From assembly GCA_001773955.1 (NCBI GenBank), contig MEYH01000022.1, positions 3,606 through 67,605 of the forward strand: a stretch of 64,000 nt of DNA, written 5' to 3'. Shown here one piece after another: positions 31,018 through 41,687 of this stretch (position 1 is the first letter of the stretch; every line of letters begins with the position of its first letter). The notes beneath the pieces are model-generated. The model had not been told where the DNA came from. It worked only from the letters and a program-made list of their open reading frames with translations, and searched no databases. A program made the translations under genes and the position numbers. This DNA comes from Candidatus Sediminicultor quintus. Its GTDB lineage: Bacteria > Atribacterota > Phoenicimicrobiia > Phoenicimicrobiales > Phoenicimicrobiaceae.

Positions 31018-31653
31018 CTAATCAAATACTACCTTTTCTACCCCCTGGAGTTTATCCAATATTTTATTGGCAATTAATTTTAGATGTTCAGGGCGTTTAA
31101 CAAAATCCAAATCATCAGCGGGCACATTCAAGATAGGACAAATATTAAAATTCTCCACCCATTCCTCATACAAGACGTTTAACTGTTTTAAATATTCCTC
31201 GGAGATAGTTTTTTCATAATCTCTTCCTCGCAGAGAAATTCTTTTTAAGAGAGTGGGAACCGAAGCTTGAAGATAAACGATTAAATCCGGAGGAGTAAGA
31301 AATTGGGTCATTATGCTAAATAATTCCTGGTAATTTTCATAATCACGTACCCCCATAAATCCCTGCTGATTTAAATTTTTTGCAAATATATCCACATCTT
31401 CATAAATACTTCTATCCTGAACTACAGAGGTAGGATTCTTTAATATCTCCTGATGATGACGAAATCTCTTAGACAGAAAAAATATTTGGAGATGAAAACT
31501 CCACTTTTTCATATCTTTATAGAAATCCTCTAAATATGGGTTATTTTCCACTACTTCATAATATGCCTTCCAACCCAATCTTTTACTTAATAGATCAGTT
31601 AAACTTGATTTACCGCAACCGATATTCCCTGATACAATAATAAATTTTTTCAT
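31018..31653 (-). CDS. Deoxynucleoside kinase (dCK/dGK family)
   Basis: P-loop IVSGNIGCGKSS; start trimmed to MKKFIIV (ATGA overlap with the upstream gene). Confidence 0.8.
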   Translation of the reverse strand: MKKFIIVSGNIGCGKSSLTDLLSKRLGWKAYYEVVENNPYLEDFYKDMKKWSFHLQIFFLSKRFRHHQEILKNPTSVVQDRSIYEDVDIFAKNLNQQGFMGVRDYENYQELFSIMTQFLTPPDLIVYLQASVPTLLKRISLRGRDYEKTISEEYLKQLNVLYEEWVENFNICPILNVPADDLDFVKRPEHLKLIANKILDKLQGVEKVVFD

Positions 31654-31654
31654 T

Positions 31655-32278
31655 TTAGCTTTCCTCTTTATAGATTTCATTAATAATATCTTCAAGGTCT
31701 TTATTTCTTACTATAAAATCAAGACTGTTAGTATTTATTTTAATTAATTTTATTTTTTTATAATTATCGGGATAAGAAAAAAATTCTTCATAAGCCAAAT
31801 TCAATCTTCTCATATATTCAAAAGACATTTTTCGCTCAAAAGGCCGATCTCTTAACGCTATCCTTTTCATTAACATCTCGGTGCTTGCTTGCAAGTAAAC
31901 AATTAAGTCCGGCCGAGGGATATCTTTAACCATAATTTCATAGAGGCGTTCATACATAGAAAGTTCATTTCCAGAAAGGTTAAGGTGAGCAAATATCCTA
32001 TCCTTGGCAAATAAGTAGTCAGAAAAAACTGATTGATTAAATAAATCTTGCTGGGCTAATTCTAATTGTTGTTTGTAGCGGCTCAGTAAAAAAAATATTT
32101 GAGTCTGGAAGGCGTATCTTTCTATATCGTTATAAAATTTAGACAAAAAGGGATTTTCTTCCACCACCTCTAAATTAGTTCTTGCATTAAACCTTTTGCT
32201 TAGCAATAAAACTAAACTTGTTTTTCCTGCTCCTATAGCTCCTTCAACTACAATAAATTTACTGTTAAGTTTAATCAT
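31655..32278 (-). CDS. Deoxynucleoside kinase (second paralog; dGK/dAK-like)
   Basis: P-loop IVVEGAIGAGKTS and a DRxxxE motif region. Confidence 0.8.
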   Translation of the reverse strand: MIKLNSKFIVVEGAIGAGKTSLVLLLSKRFNARTNLEVVEENPFLSKFYNDIERYAFQTQIFFLLSRYKQQLELAQQDLFNQSVFSDYLFAKDRIFAHLNLSGNELSMYERLYEIMVKDIPRPDLIVYLQASTEMLMKRIALRDRPFERKMSFEYMRRLNLAYEEFFSYPDNYKKIKLIKINTNSLDFIVRNKDLEDIINEIYKEES

Positions 32279-32290
32279 CTACCTGCTCCT

Positions 32291-33136
32291 TCATTTTTGG
32301 GAATCAAGTTGATTATTTTTCCTTTCGTAATTCCACTCATAGGTCGAGTACTTATTTTTTAAAAGGTCTTTGGAAATTTTTTCTTCCTGTTCGGTTAATT
32401 TACCTTCAGTTAATTTTACTCCAAATTCTTTTTCAAATCCCCGGGGAAGAATTTCTGATAATTCTGAAAAACTTGTCTTTCTCTTTAAAATCTCTTCCAG
32501 GCTGGTAGCATTAAATCTTGTTTTGAACCTTTCTCTTATCTGAGCTGAGGGGAAATTGAATATTGAGAATAATTTATCTTTTTCTAATTCTATCAATAAA
32601 GAGCCGTGTTGTAAAACTATTTCTCTTTTTCTTACCTGGGCAGAACCTACAATCTTTTTACCTTCAACCTGTACCTCGTATCGAGAGGGAACGGAAAAAC
32701 AGATTGATTTAAAATCAGAATGATGGATTTCAGATTTTTCCCTCAGAGGAACTAATTCGGCCGCTACCCCAAGATAAGAAAGACCTCTAATCATTCCCCC
32801 GCTAATCTTCTTATAGGTCTCTAATATAGAATTATTAACCAAAGGATGGTTTTCTCTAATTATAAAACTATAGGTTAATTCCTTATCATGGAGAACCGCT
32901 TTTCCCCCGGTGGGCCGACGGACAATATCGATTCCCATATCCTGACAAACATCCACATCAATCTCTTTCTGTAGATCCTGAAAATAACCCAAAGACACAG
33001 CCGGGGGAGACCATTGGTAAAATCTGATAGTGGGAGGAACCAACCCTTCCCGGTGAGCTATCATTATTGACTCATCAATCGCCATATTCATAAAACCGTT
33101 ATGATAACTATCTTTTATTAATCGCCATTCCATCAA
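32291..33136 (-). CDS. Lipoate-protein ligase A family protein (LplA/LipM-type BPL_LplA_LipB domain)
   Basis: 281 aa with a BPL/LPL catalytic-domain pattern. Confidence 0.65.
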   Translation of the reverse strand: MMEWRLIKDSYHNGFMNMAIDESIMIAHREGLVPPTIRFYQWSPPAVSLGYFQDLQKEIDVDVCQDMGIDIVRRPTGGKAVLHDKELTYSFIIRENHPLVNNSILETYKKISGGMIRGLSYLGVAAELVPLREKSEIHHSDFKSICFSVPSRYEVQVEGKKIVGSAQVRKREIVLQHGSLLIELEKDKLFSIFNFPSAQIRERFKTRFNATSLEEILKRKTSFSELSEILPRGFEKEFGVKLTEGKLTEQEEKISKDLLKNKYSTYEWNYERKNNQLDSQK

Positions 33137-33210
33137 TTTTATCCTTTCTGTTTGAACAAAATAAGCGTATAGCAGGAGAACAGATGATAAGTTAAAAACT
33201 AAAAAACTTT

Positions 33211-34455
33211 TTATAGTTTATGGACAAAGATACCGCTTCGCAGTTTTGGTTCAAACCAGGTTGATTTAGGAGGCATTAGTTTTTCTGCATCCGCTACTTT
33301 CATTAATTCTTCTATAGGAGTAGGATACATGGAAAAGGCTGCTTTCATCCCCGCCTTTACTCGTTTCTCTAATTCCTCCAAACCTCTGATTCCTCCTATA
33401 AATTCTATTCTCTGGTCTGTTCGGGGGTCTTCTATCCCCAGAATAGGAGTGAGCAGATTATTTTGCAATATCGATACATCAAGACTGTCTATTGCATCAT
33501 CTTCAGCAAAAGTCCCTGGTTTAGCAGTTAGTTTATACCAACAGTTACCTAAATACATGCCAAAGGTATGTTTTGCCTTTGGTCGGCAGGGGCCTTCCCC
33601 GCTATATTCCTCTATGGTAAATTTTTCAGATATTTTCCGGATAAATTCTTCTTTAGAATTTCCTGCTAAATCAGCTGCTACCCGATTGTAGTCCATAATA
33701 TATAGTTCATCATGAGGGAAAAGGACAGACAGAAAGTAATTAAACTCTTCCTTCCCGGTATAATTTTTAAGCTGTTCCCTTCTCTTCAGCCCTACTTTTG
33801 CCGCTGCTGCTGCCCGATGGTGACCATCGGCAATATAAAGATAATCAATCTCGGCAAAAGATTCTATTAACTGCTGAATGGTTGATTCATCATCAATGAC
33901 CCAGCAAGTATGAGTAGTTCTATCCTCGGAAGTAAAAATATATACCGGGTTTTTTTCTTTAGTCCATCTATTTACGATTTGCTTTATCACATCTTTTGCT
34001 TTGTAAGTAAGAAAAACCGGACCGGTATTGGCATTAGTAAAATCAATATGATTTATACGATCATTTTCTTTATCTTCCCGGGTATTTTCATGTTTCTTAA
34101 TCTTTCCTTGAAGATAATCATCGATAGAAACACAGGCTACCAATCCGGTTTGAGCCCTTCCTTTCATTATCTGCCTATAGATATAAATCTTCTCCTGCTC
34201 CTCCTGTAAATACACTTTTTTCTCAATCAACCTATCGAGATTTTCTCTGGCTTTTTCGTACACTCTTTGGTCATAATGGTATATGGAAGAGTCTAAATCT
34301 ATCTCTGCTTTACTAATATGAAGAAAAGAATAAGGATTGTCTTTTGCCAATTGACGGGCTTCTTCGCTATTTAGAACATCATAGGGCAGTGATGCTACTT
34401 CGGCCACTAACTCCGGTTCAGGCCTAAAAGCTTTAAATGGTTTGATTACTGGCAT
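33211..34455 (-). CDS. DUF1015 domain protein
   Basis: 414 aa beginning MPVIKPFKAFRP; the conserved DUF1015 gene found next to serA and serC homologues. Confidence 0.75.
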   Translation of the reverse strand: MPVIKPFKAFRPEPELVAEVASLPYDVLNSEEARQLAKDNPYSFLHISKAEIDLDSSIYHYDQRVYEKARENLDRLIEKKVYLQEEQEKIYIYRQIMKGRAQTGLVACVSIDDYLQGKIKKHENTREDKENDRINHIDFTNANTGPVFLTYKAKDVIKQIVNRWTKEKNPVYIFTSEDRTTHTCWVIDDESTIQQLIESFAEIDYLYIADGHHRAAAAAKVGLKRREQLKNYTGKEEFNYFLSVLFPHDELYIMDYNRVAADLAGNSKEEFIRKISEKFTIEEYSGEGPCRPKAKHTFGMYLGNCWYKLTAKPGTFAEDDAIDSLDVSILQNNLLTPILGIEDPRTDQRIEFIGGIRGLEELEKRVKAGMKAAFSMYPTPIEELMKVADAEKLMPPKSTWFEPKLRSGIFVHKL

Positions 34456-34457
34456 TT

Positions 34458-35384
34458 CTATATTCCTCTTTTAATCTCATTATTTTCTTTGATAATAGAA
34501 ACAATCTCGGCCCCGATTCTCTTTTGAGCTTCTTTGGTAGATGCTCCAATATGAGGAGTTACTGAAACTTTCTCATGGCTTATCAGTTCCAAATTCTGAG
34601 AAGGTTCTTCAGGAAAGACATCAATCCCTGCTCCGGCAATCTTCCCGGAATTTAGTGCCTCCAATAAAGCTGCCTCATCTACCACATTACCCCGGGCACA
34701 ATTAATAAGATATACTCCATCTTTCATCTTGGAAAATTCTGCTTTACCAATCATCGGAGATTCATCTTCATTCCCCGGCAGATGTAAAGAGATAAAATCA
34801 GAATCAGTTAGAAGTTCATCCAGAGAAACAAAAGAATATTCAGGATAATCTTTGGCTGGGCCTAAAATATCATTATAGATAATCTTCATCCCTAATGCTT
34901 TAGCTTTTTTGGCTAATTCTTTTCCGATTCTGCCAAACCCTATAAGCCCTAAGGTTTTACCGGAAAGTTCTATCCCGGTATATTTCTTTTTGTTCCATTT
35001 ACCTTCTCTCATGGTAACATTGGCAATACCAATAAATCGAGCCAGAGAGAACATATGACCCAAAGCTAATTCTGCTACCGTCAAACTGCTCGATTTGGGA
35101 GTATTTCTTACTTTTATCCCTTTTGATTCAGCATAAGTTACATCTATATTATCCACTCCAACTCCACCCCGAATAATCAGCTTTAAATTTCCGGTCTCAA
35201 GGGCAGAATCTATTATATCTTTTCCAACTTTAGTTGCAGAACGCACAATTACTACATTAAAGCCCTTCACCTTTTCTTTTAACTCTTCGGGTTCAAAAAA
35301 TTGCTCTGTAACTTCATGCCCCAAATCTTTTAAGATCTGAACAGATCCTTTATCCATTCCATCAGTTACTAATATTCTTAACAT
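34458..35384 (-). CDS. serA: D-3-phosphoglycerate dehydrogenase-type 2-hydroxyacid dehydrogenase (short form)
   Basis: NAD-binding GxGxxG (LIGFGRIG) and a catalytic domain. Confidence 0.75.
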   Translation of the reverse strand: MLRILVTDGMDKGSVQILKDLGHEVTEQFFEPEELKEKVKGFNVVIVRSATKVGKDIIDSALETGNLKLIIRGGVGVDNIDVTYAESKGIKVRNTPKSSSLTVAELALGHMFSLARFIGIANVTMREGKWNKKKYTGIELSGKTLGLIGFGRIGKELAKKAKALGMKIIYNDILGPAKDYPEYSFVSLDELLTDSDFISLHLPGNEDESPMIGKAEFSKMKDGVYLINCARGNVVDEAALLEALNSGKIAGAGIDVFPEEPSQNLELISHEKVSVTPHIGASTKEAQKRIGAEIVSIIKENNEIKRGI

Positions 35385-35396
35385 CTTTATCGCCGC

Positions 35397-36467
35397 CTAT
35401 AATCCTAAAATCTCATCAATGAGAGAAAGAAGTTCTCTAATCTCATTAAAAGTCGCTTCTGCCATGTGAGCTATTCTGAAGGTTTTATCTTTTAATTTCC
35501 CATATCCGTTAGAAATCATAAACCCTCTTTCTCCCAAAGCTTTGTTTAGGCCGCCTACACTAATCTCTCGAGTATTTTTTACACAGGTCACTGTGTTAGA
35601 AGCAAATTCTTCTTGAGCCAAGAGAGCAAATTCTTCTTGAGCCCACGCTCTTACGTAATCAGCCATTTCTATATGCCGGGCAAAACGGTGATCTAACCCT
35701 TCTTCCAATATTTTATCTAATTGATAATCAAGGGCAAACATATGAGACAGAGAAGGAGTAGAGGGGTATTGATAATCTTTCTTTTTAATATACTCGTAGA
35801 TTTGTAAGAGGTCAAAGTAAGTCCCTCTATGCTTAACTTTCCTGGCTGCCTCCAAGGCTTTTTCTGAGATTGAGCATAAAGAAAGACCGGGGGGTAAACC
35901 CAAACATTTTTGACTGGAAGTTATACATATATCGATGCCTAACTTATCCACCTCTATCTTGGTTCCACCTAAAGAACTTACCGCATCTACGCAGAATATT
36001 ACTTCGGGATATTTTTTCATTACCTTAGCGATCTCTACAAGCGGATTCATTACTCCGCTGGAAGTCTCATTGTGGGTTACGGTGATGAGGTCATATTTAC
36101 CGCTGGTTAAAACTTGATCTACTGATTCCGCAGTGTTAGGTAATCCCCATTCAACTTCAAATTTATCAGCAGGCACATTATTGTCTTCTGCCATGGCAAA
36201 CCAGCGGTTACCAAAGTTGCCACAGGAAAATACTGCGGCTCTTTTTTGAGTACATGAACGAACAGCTCCCTCCATTAGGCCGCTGCCCGAAGAAGTAGAT
36301 AATAAAATTTCATTTTGGGTATACATCAGCTTTCTTAGTTTATCACTGATGTTTTTCTGCAGGTTTGAAACCTCTTTACCTCGATGACTAATCATGGGAG
36401 TAGCCATCTTTTGCAAGGTATCTTCGGTTACATTAACTGGTCCGGGAATAAAAAGTTTTTTGTACAT
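35397..36467 (-). CDS. Class V aminotransferase (phosphoserine / serine-pyruvate aminotransferase type)
   Basis: 356 aa of the PLP-dependent AAT_V family, clustered with serA. Confidence 0.75.
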   Translation of the reverse strand: MYKKLFIPGPVNVTEDTLQKMATPMISHRGKEVSNLQKNISDKLRKLMYTQNEILLSTSSGSGLMEGAVRSCTQKRAAVFSCGNFGNRWFAMAEDNNVPADKFEVEWGLPNTAESVDQVLTSGKYDLITVTHNETSSGVMNPLVEIAKVMKKYPEVIFCVDAVSSLGGTKIEVDKLGIDICITSSQKCLGLPPGLSLCSISEKALEAARKVKHRGTYFDLLQIYEYIKKKDYQYPSTPSLSHMFALDYQLDKILEEGLDHRFARHIEMADYVRAWAQEEFALLAQEEFASNTVTCVKNTREISVGGLNKALGERGFMISNGYGKLKDKTFRIAHMAEATFNEIRELLSLIDEILGL

Positions 36468-36595
36468 TATTACTTCTCCTTATTTTAATCTATTTTAATA
36501 ACCTACTTAAATTAACAAATAACAACCATTTCGTCAAGTAATTGTTTACACAAAGCATATTTTTAAAATCCTTTTAATTTATTTTGGGTCATCAT

Positions 36596-36907
36596 CTATT
36601 TCTTTTTCTCGAATAATCTTCCCAGAATTAATTTATAACCATCTGCGCCATAGTTTAAACACCTTTTTACCCGACTAATAGTAGCGGAACTTGCTCCTGT
36701 TTTATGGGCAATCTCTTCATAAGTAGAGGCCTCGCTTGACATTCGAGCCACTTCCAGCCTTTGGCTAAATTCCTTAATTTCATTGATGGTAGCTAAGTCC
36801 TCAAAAAAACTGTAACATTCCTTTTCGTTTTTTAAGAGTAACATTGCCTTAAATAATTGGTCGGTTAATCCGTCTCTCCAACGAGGATAATCTTCCATTT
36901 TTACCAC
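36596..36907 (-). CDS. YerC/YecD-like TrpR-fold DNA-binding protein
   Basis: 103-aa TrpR-like helix bundle (…ATISRVKRCLNYG…). Confidence 0.6.
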   Translation of the reverse strand: MVKMEDYPRWRDGLTDQLFKAMLLLKNEKECYSFFEDLATINEIKEFSQRLEVARMSSEASTYEEIAHKTGASSATISRVKRCLNYGADGYKLILGRLFEKKK

Positions 36908-36908
36908 C

Positions 36909-37640
36909 TCATTTTCTTCTTTTTTTTAGTTCTTTAAATACATCCTGAGGGGAAATATTGCAACTACCTAAAGCCACTAAAGTATGAAACCATAAATCAG
37001 CCACTTCATGTATTATTGCATTCTTATCTTTATCTTTAAGGGCAATAATAACTTCTGCTGCCTCTTCTCCTATCTTTTTAGGTAACATATCCTCAGAATT
37101 AGCCAGTAATTTACAAATATAAGAATCGCTTTTATAATTTAATTTTCTATCTTGAATTACCTGATATATCTCATGAATAATTTCATGGTCTGTTTCTGGT
37201 TGCTCATCCCCATTCTCCCCTTGAGAAGATTTTGCTCTTTCCGTTGGTTGGTTTCTTAAAAGACCGGGAGGCTCAACATTAATTTCTTCTATTTTATCAC
37301 CTTTTATCTCTTTAAAAAAGCAGGAATAGTGTCCGGTATGACAAGCAACCCCTTTTTGTTCTACTAAAATTAGCATGGTATCATTATCACAATCCAAAAG
37401 AATTTTTTTTACCAATTGAGTATTTCCGGAAGTGCTTCCTTTAAACCATAATTCTCTTCTGCTTCTGCTGTAAAAACAGGTCTTCCCTTCTTCTAAAGTT
37501 TTTTCCAAAGATTCCCTATTTATATAAGCTAACATCAAAACCTGATTGGTTTTCTCGTCCTGAACAATTGCCGGTATTAACCCATCTTTATTAAATTTTA
37601 TTTGATTTAATATTTCACTTTTATCCATTATTCTTCTCAC
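36909..37640 (-). CDS. hisI: Bifunctional phosphoribosyl-AMP cyclohydrolase / phosphoribosyl-ATP pyrophosphatase
   Basis: N-terminal HisI and C-terminal HisE (MazG-like) domains. Confidence 0.85.
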   Translation of the reverse strand: MRRIMDKSEILNQIKFNKDGLIPAIVQDEKTNQVLMLAYINRESLEKTLEEGKTCFYSRSRRELWFKGSTSGNTQLVKKILLDCDNDTMLILVEQKGVACHTGHYSCFFKEIKGDKIEEINVEPPGLLRNQPTERAKSSQGENGDEQPETDHEIIHEIYQVIQDRKLNYKSDSYICKLLANSEDMLPKKIGEEAAEVIIALKDKDKNAIIHEVADLWFHTLVALGSCNISPQDVFKELKKRRK

Positions 37641-38412
37641 TCCTTATTTTCTCCCCTGCCAGTCTTATTTCTATTCCCTTTTGCCACAAAAACTCTTTGA
37701 CTTTTGGTATGGTGTATTCTTTATTATGAAATATGGAAGCAGCTAAAACGGCATCCGCCTTCCCCTTAATCAATACCTCATACAAATGTTCTGGTTTCCC
37801 TGCACCACCAGAAGCAATAACGGGGATATTAACATTTTCTGAAACTATTTTGGTTAATTTTATATCATATCCCTCTTTGGTCCCATCTTTATCCATACTG
37901 GTAAGCAGTATCTCCCCTGCTCCTAACCTTTCCACCTTTTTAACCCAATTTAATATCCTTAAACCTGTCCCGGTTCTTCCTCCATTAATTACAACTTCCC
38001 AATCAGAATCTATCTTCACGGCATCAATAGCCACTACGATAGTAGAACTGCCAAATTTTAAAGAAGCCTCCTGAATCAGGAGGGGGTTTAAAACAGCCGC
38101 CGTATTAATGGATACTTTATCTGCTCCTGCACGTAATAAATAGTATATATCTTCCAGGTTCCTAATCCCTCCCCCTACCGTAAAAGGGATAAAGACTTTT
38201 TCCGCCGTCTTTTCTACTAATTCAATGATAATATTTCTCTTTTCCCAGGAAGCGGTAATATCCAAAAAAACCAGTTCATCTGCTTCTTCTTTCTCATAAA
38301 ATGAAGCTAATTCAATTGGATCCCCCGTATCTATTAAATTAACGAACTTAATTCCCTTTACCACTCGACCTTCCTTTATATCCAGACAGGGTATAATTCT
38401 CTTGGTAAGCAT
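37621..38412 (-). CDS. hisF: Imidazole glycerol phosphate synthase cyclase subunit HisF
   Basis: TIM-barrel HisF motifs (RIIPCLD…, DEL…). Confidence 0.9.
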   Translation of the reverse strand: MLTKRIIPCLDIKEGRVVKGIKFVNLIDTGDPIELASFYEKEEADELVFLDITASWEKRNIIIELVEKTAEKVFIPFTVGGGIRNLEDIYYLLRAGADKVSINTAAVLNPLLIQEASLKFGSSTIVVAIDAVKIDSDWEVVINGGRTGTGLRILNWVKKVERLGAGEILLTSMDKDGTKEGYDIKLTKIVSENVNIPVIASGGAGKPEHLYEVLIKGKADAVLAASIFHNKEYTIPKVKEFLWQKGIEIRLAGEKIRSEKNNG

Positions 38413-38511
38413 TTTTTAATTCCTCTCTCATATTTAGTTAGCCGGGTTATAGGTTGCAAGTTTAAAATGCCTTTGTAGTAAACTGAAACCTCATTTTATA
38501 CTAATGACTAT

Positions 38512-39240
38512 TTATTCACTAACGACCAATTTAAGTGCCTCTTCCAGTATGATTCGCCCCTTATACAAAGCTTTTCCAATAATAATCCCTTCCAGGTTTG
38601 AATCTTTAATCTTTTTTAACTTTTTAATGTCGTTCAGAGAAGCGATTCCTCCGGAGCAAATAAGGGGAATATTCACATTTTTTAACATCTTTTCTATATT
38701 TGTTATATTAGGTCCCTTAAGAGTCCCATCTCTCTTAATGTCAGAATAAATTATTCGCCTGGCACCTAATCTCTCTATCTCTCCTGCAAAATCTAGGGCA
38801 TCAATAGAAAGAACATTCTGCCACCCTTCTATGGCTACATAACCATCCCGGGCATCAATACCAGCAACAATCTTTTCTGAAAAATCCTCAAACAATTTCT
38901 CGGCCAGGGTCTTATCCTTCCAAAGAATGGTACCTAAAATTACCCGGCTTGCTCCAAGGTTTATCAGATTTTTTACTTCCTGATAACTCCTGATCCCCCC
39001 TCCAACTTGAACAGGGATACTCATTTTCTTAATCATCTTCTCCACCAAAGAGATATTGGTTAATTTGCCATAACGGGCACCGTCCAAATCTACGATATGT
39101 AGCATCTCAGCCCCTTTATCGGCCCAATTTAGCGCTACCTTTATCGGGTCATCGGAAAACACCTCCGTATCGGAAAATTGGCCTTCTCGAAGACGAACAC
39201 ATTTACCTTCTTTAATATCTATAGCAGGAATAATTAACAT
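38512..39240 (-). CDS. hisA: ProFAR isomerase HisA
   Basis: MLIIPAIDIKEGKCVRL… HisA signature. Confidence 0.9.
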   Translation of the reverse strand: MLIIPAIDIKEGKCVRLREGQFSDTEVFSDDPIKVALNWADKGAEMLHIVDLDGARYGKLTNISLVEKMIKKMSIPVQVGGGIRSYQEVKNLINLGASRVILGTILWKDKTLAEKLFEDFSEKIVAGIDARDGYVAIEGWQNVLSIDALDFAGEIERLGARRIIYSDIKRDGTLKGPNITNIEKMLKNVNIPLICSGGIASLNDIKKLKKIKDSNLEGIIIGKALYKGRIILEEALKLVVSE

Positions 39241-39858
39241 TTAACTTAACTCTCCGAAATTCTTTAATATTTTTAAACCTTGTGTACTGCTCTTTTCGGG
39301 ATGAAATTGAACCCCAAATAAATTGCCTTTCCAGATAGAAGAGGGAAAGACCAGACCATAATCAGTTGTAGAATATACCACCTGCGGATTATCTGCTTCA
39401 CAGTAATAAGAATGAACAAAATAAAAATAAGATTCATCCAGAATATCTTGAAAGATAGGATTTGTATTACTATTAGAATTATGAGTAAATTTTATTTTAT
39501 TCCACCCCAGGTGAGGACATTTTACCGAAGCAGGAAACCTTTTCACTCCGCCCGGTATCACATTCAATCCTGAAAATAAACCGCCTTCTTCGCTATAAGT
39601 AAACAATAATTGCATCCCCAGGCAAATACCCAAGAAAGGTTTGCCTGCCTTTATGGCATCAATTAATTCTTTATCTATTTTTTTATTTTTTAAAAATTTA
39701 ATAGCATCCCTAAAAGCCCCTACTCCGGGAAGTACTATAGTGCTGGCTTCCTTAATCCGGTTTGGATCATCGGTTATTTCCGTTTTATATCCGACTTCAG
39801 AAAAAGCATTTTGCACACTCTTTAAATTCCCCATGCCGTAATCTACTATCACCATCAT
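39241..39858 (-). CDS. hisH: Imidazole glycerol phosphate synthase glutamine amidotransferase subunit HisH
   Basis: Start set at MMVIVDYGMGNLKS after an AGGAG RBS; triad Cys in GICLGMQ. Confidence 0.9.
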   Translation of the reverse strand: MMVIVDYGMGNLKSVQNAFSEVGYKTEITDDPNRIKEASTIVLPGVGAFRDAIKFLKNKKIDKELIDAIKAGKPFLGICLGMQLLFTYSEEGGLFSGLNVIPGGVKRFPASVKCPHLGWNKIKFTHNSNSNTNPIFQDILDESYFYFVHSYYCEADNPQVVYSTTDYGLVFPSSIWKGNLFGVQFHPEKSSTQGLKILKNFGELS

Positions 39859-39880
39859 TCTAATTATTCTCCTAATCTTA

Positions 39881-40498
39881 CTAATCAATAATCCCTTTAG
39901 TGGATAGGACATCTTTTAACCGGATATTTTTGCCGGTTGCCTCATTTAAAGCCCGTCCAAAGGCCTTGAATATCCCTTCGATGATGTGATGGGAATTTTT
40001 CCCGTAAAGCAAATTTATATGTAAAGTTATTCCGGCATGAAAAGATAGGGCTCTAAAAAATTCTTCCACCAAACTTACTTCAAAAGAACCCACTCTTTCC
40101 TGCTCAAACTGGACCTTATAGATTAATTGTCCTCTTCCACTAATATCCAAAGCCACCTGTATCAGTGATTCATCCATCGGTAAGATGGTAAACCCATATC
40201 TTTTTATCCCTTTCTTATCTTGCAGGGCATCCTTAAGGGCTTCGCCCAGACAGATTCCTATATCCTCTACGGTATGATGATAATCCACTTTAAGGTCCCC
40301 CTGAGCTTTCACTTCCAGATTAAAAAAACCATGCTGGGAAAATAGGGTAAGCATATGATTTAAAAAATAAATTTCTGTTTCTAAATTATTTATCCCCTTG
40401 CCATCTAATTCCACCTTCACTTCTATTTCAGTCTCCAAACTTTTTCTTTTATATTCACCTTTTCTTTCCTTCAAGGTTATCGACACCTGCCTTTCCAC
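39881..40498 (-). CDS. hisB: Imidazoleglycerol-phosphate dehydratase HisB
   Basis: IGPD motifs (…HH.VED.GI…). Confidence 0.9.
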   Translation of the reverse strand: MERQVSITLKERKGEYKRKSLETEIEVKVELDGKGINNLETEIYFLNHMLTLFSQHGFFNLEVKAQGDLKVDYHHTVEDIGICLGEALKDALQDKKGIKRYGFTILPMDESLIQVALDISGRGQLIYKVQFEQERVGSFEVSLVEEFFRALSFHAGITLHINLLYGKNSHHIIEGIFKAFGRALNEATGKNIRLKDVLSTKGIID

Positions 40499-41526
40499 TA
40501 TTGTCCATTATTTTTAAATCTTTCTAAATAATATAAGATAGAATTAACATCTTTGGTTAATAAATCCACTCCTTCGTTAAGATAGAACTTTACTGACTTA
40601 CCTCGTAAATCAAATCTTTCTCCTAACACTATTGCCGACAAAAACTTTATTTCTCGCTCTTCTTTGTTGGTATTTTTTACAGTAACTAGATCATCCCAAG
40701 TATCACCTATATAAATCCCCAATTTAGTTTTCAAAATTTCAGCTATTCTTTTTAATCCCTGAGGATGAGGTTTTCCAACTCCATCATCAGCTGTAACTAT
40801 ACTTTTTTTAGAAATAATATCATCCCAACCCAATCTTTCTAAGGCTACCCTGGCCTCTCTTTCATTTCTGCCAGTTAAGACACCGAGAGAAAAATTTTCT
40901 AAGAAATTTTTTTTATTTTTATCTATAATTATTCTTTCCTGTTTTATTAAACCTTCTGTCTTAACTAATGAAGGATGAAATCCGTAAATAGTAAAACAGT
41001 ATTCTTCTCCGGCATAAATTTCCTGAAATATTTTAGTAATTAAATCCTTATCCCACAAACTCAATATTCCATCTTTTACGTGCCCATTGTTCTCGATTGA
41101 ATCTATTATTTTAATTAAACCTCCTCCAGGAGATAACGTCTTAGTGGCAAAGGTCTTTATATCAGGTGCACTTCTCTTAAGTTCATCTACGTCCTTTAAA
41201 TTATTTTCCATGGCTTTCATCAGGTAAAACAGAACGACTGCTGAAGTTAAATCCCAGTCATTATTAAAGCCCCCGGCTATTTTAAAATATTCAATCTCTT
41301 CCTGGTTTATTAAATTTTGTGAACCCTGAAAGCGTAATGTCTCTTTAAAATAATATTGAACCGTTTGACATATGGCCTCTCTATAAGAATCACGCACATC
41401 AATCAAGACACCATCAACATCAAAGACCAGGGTATCTACCCGAGAAAGTTTCTCTAAAATCTTCTTATTTAAAATAATCTTTTCTGTGAATAAATAATCT
41501 GAATATAATTTTTCCGAAATCAACAC
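40498..41526 (-). CDS. HAD-superfamily hydrolase in the his operon; candidate histidinol-phosphate phosphatase
   Basis: HAD motif I LVFDVDGVL with a large cap domain, at the position normally held by hisC; the functional assignment is inferred. Confidence 0.5.
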   Translation of the reverse strand: MLISEKLYSDYLFTEKIILNKKILEKLSRVDTLVFDVDGVLIDVRDSYREAICQTVQYYFKETLRFQGSQNLINQEEIEYFKIAGGFNNDWDLTSAVVLFYLMKAMENNLKDVDELKRSAPDIKTFATKTLSPGGGLIKIIDSIENNGHVKDGILSLWDKDLITKIFQEIYAGEEYCFTIYGFHPSLVKTEGLIKQERIIIDKNKKNFLENFSLGVLTGRNEREARVALERLGWDDIISKKSIVTADDGVGKPHPQGLKRIAEILKTKLGIYIGDTWDDLVTVKNTNKEEREIKFLSAIVLGERFDLRGKSVKFYLNEGVDLLTKDVNSILYYLERFKNNGQ

Positions 41527-41687
41527 TAATTAATCAACCCTTTCTTAATTTATTCGACCCGTTTCTATCGTCCTATCTGTCATTCCCGTGGAAACGGGAA
41601 TCTATTTTTTTTTATTCTCTGGCACCTGCGGGCACGATGCATCATGCCCCTACAACTCACTACAGTAATATTCAATTTAATCCTTCG

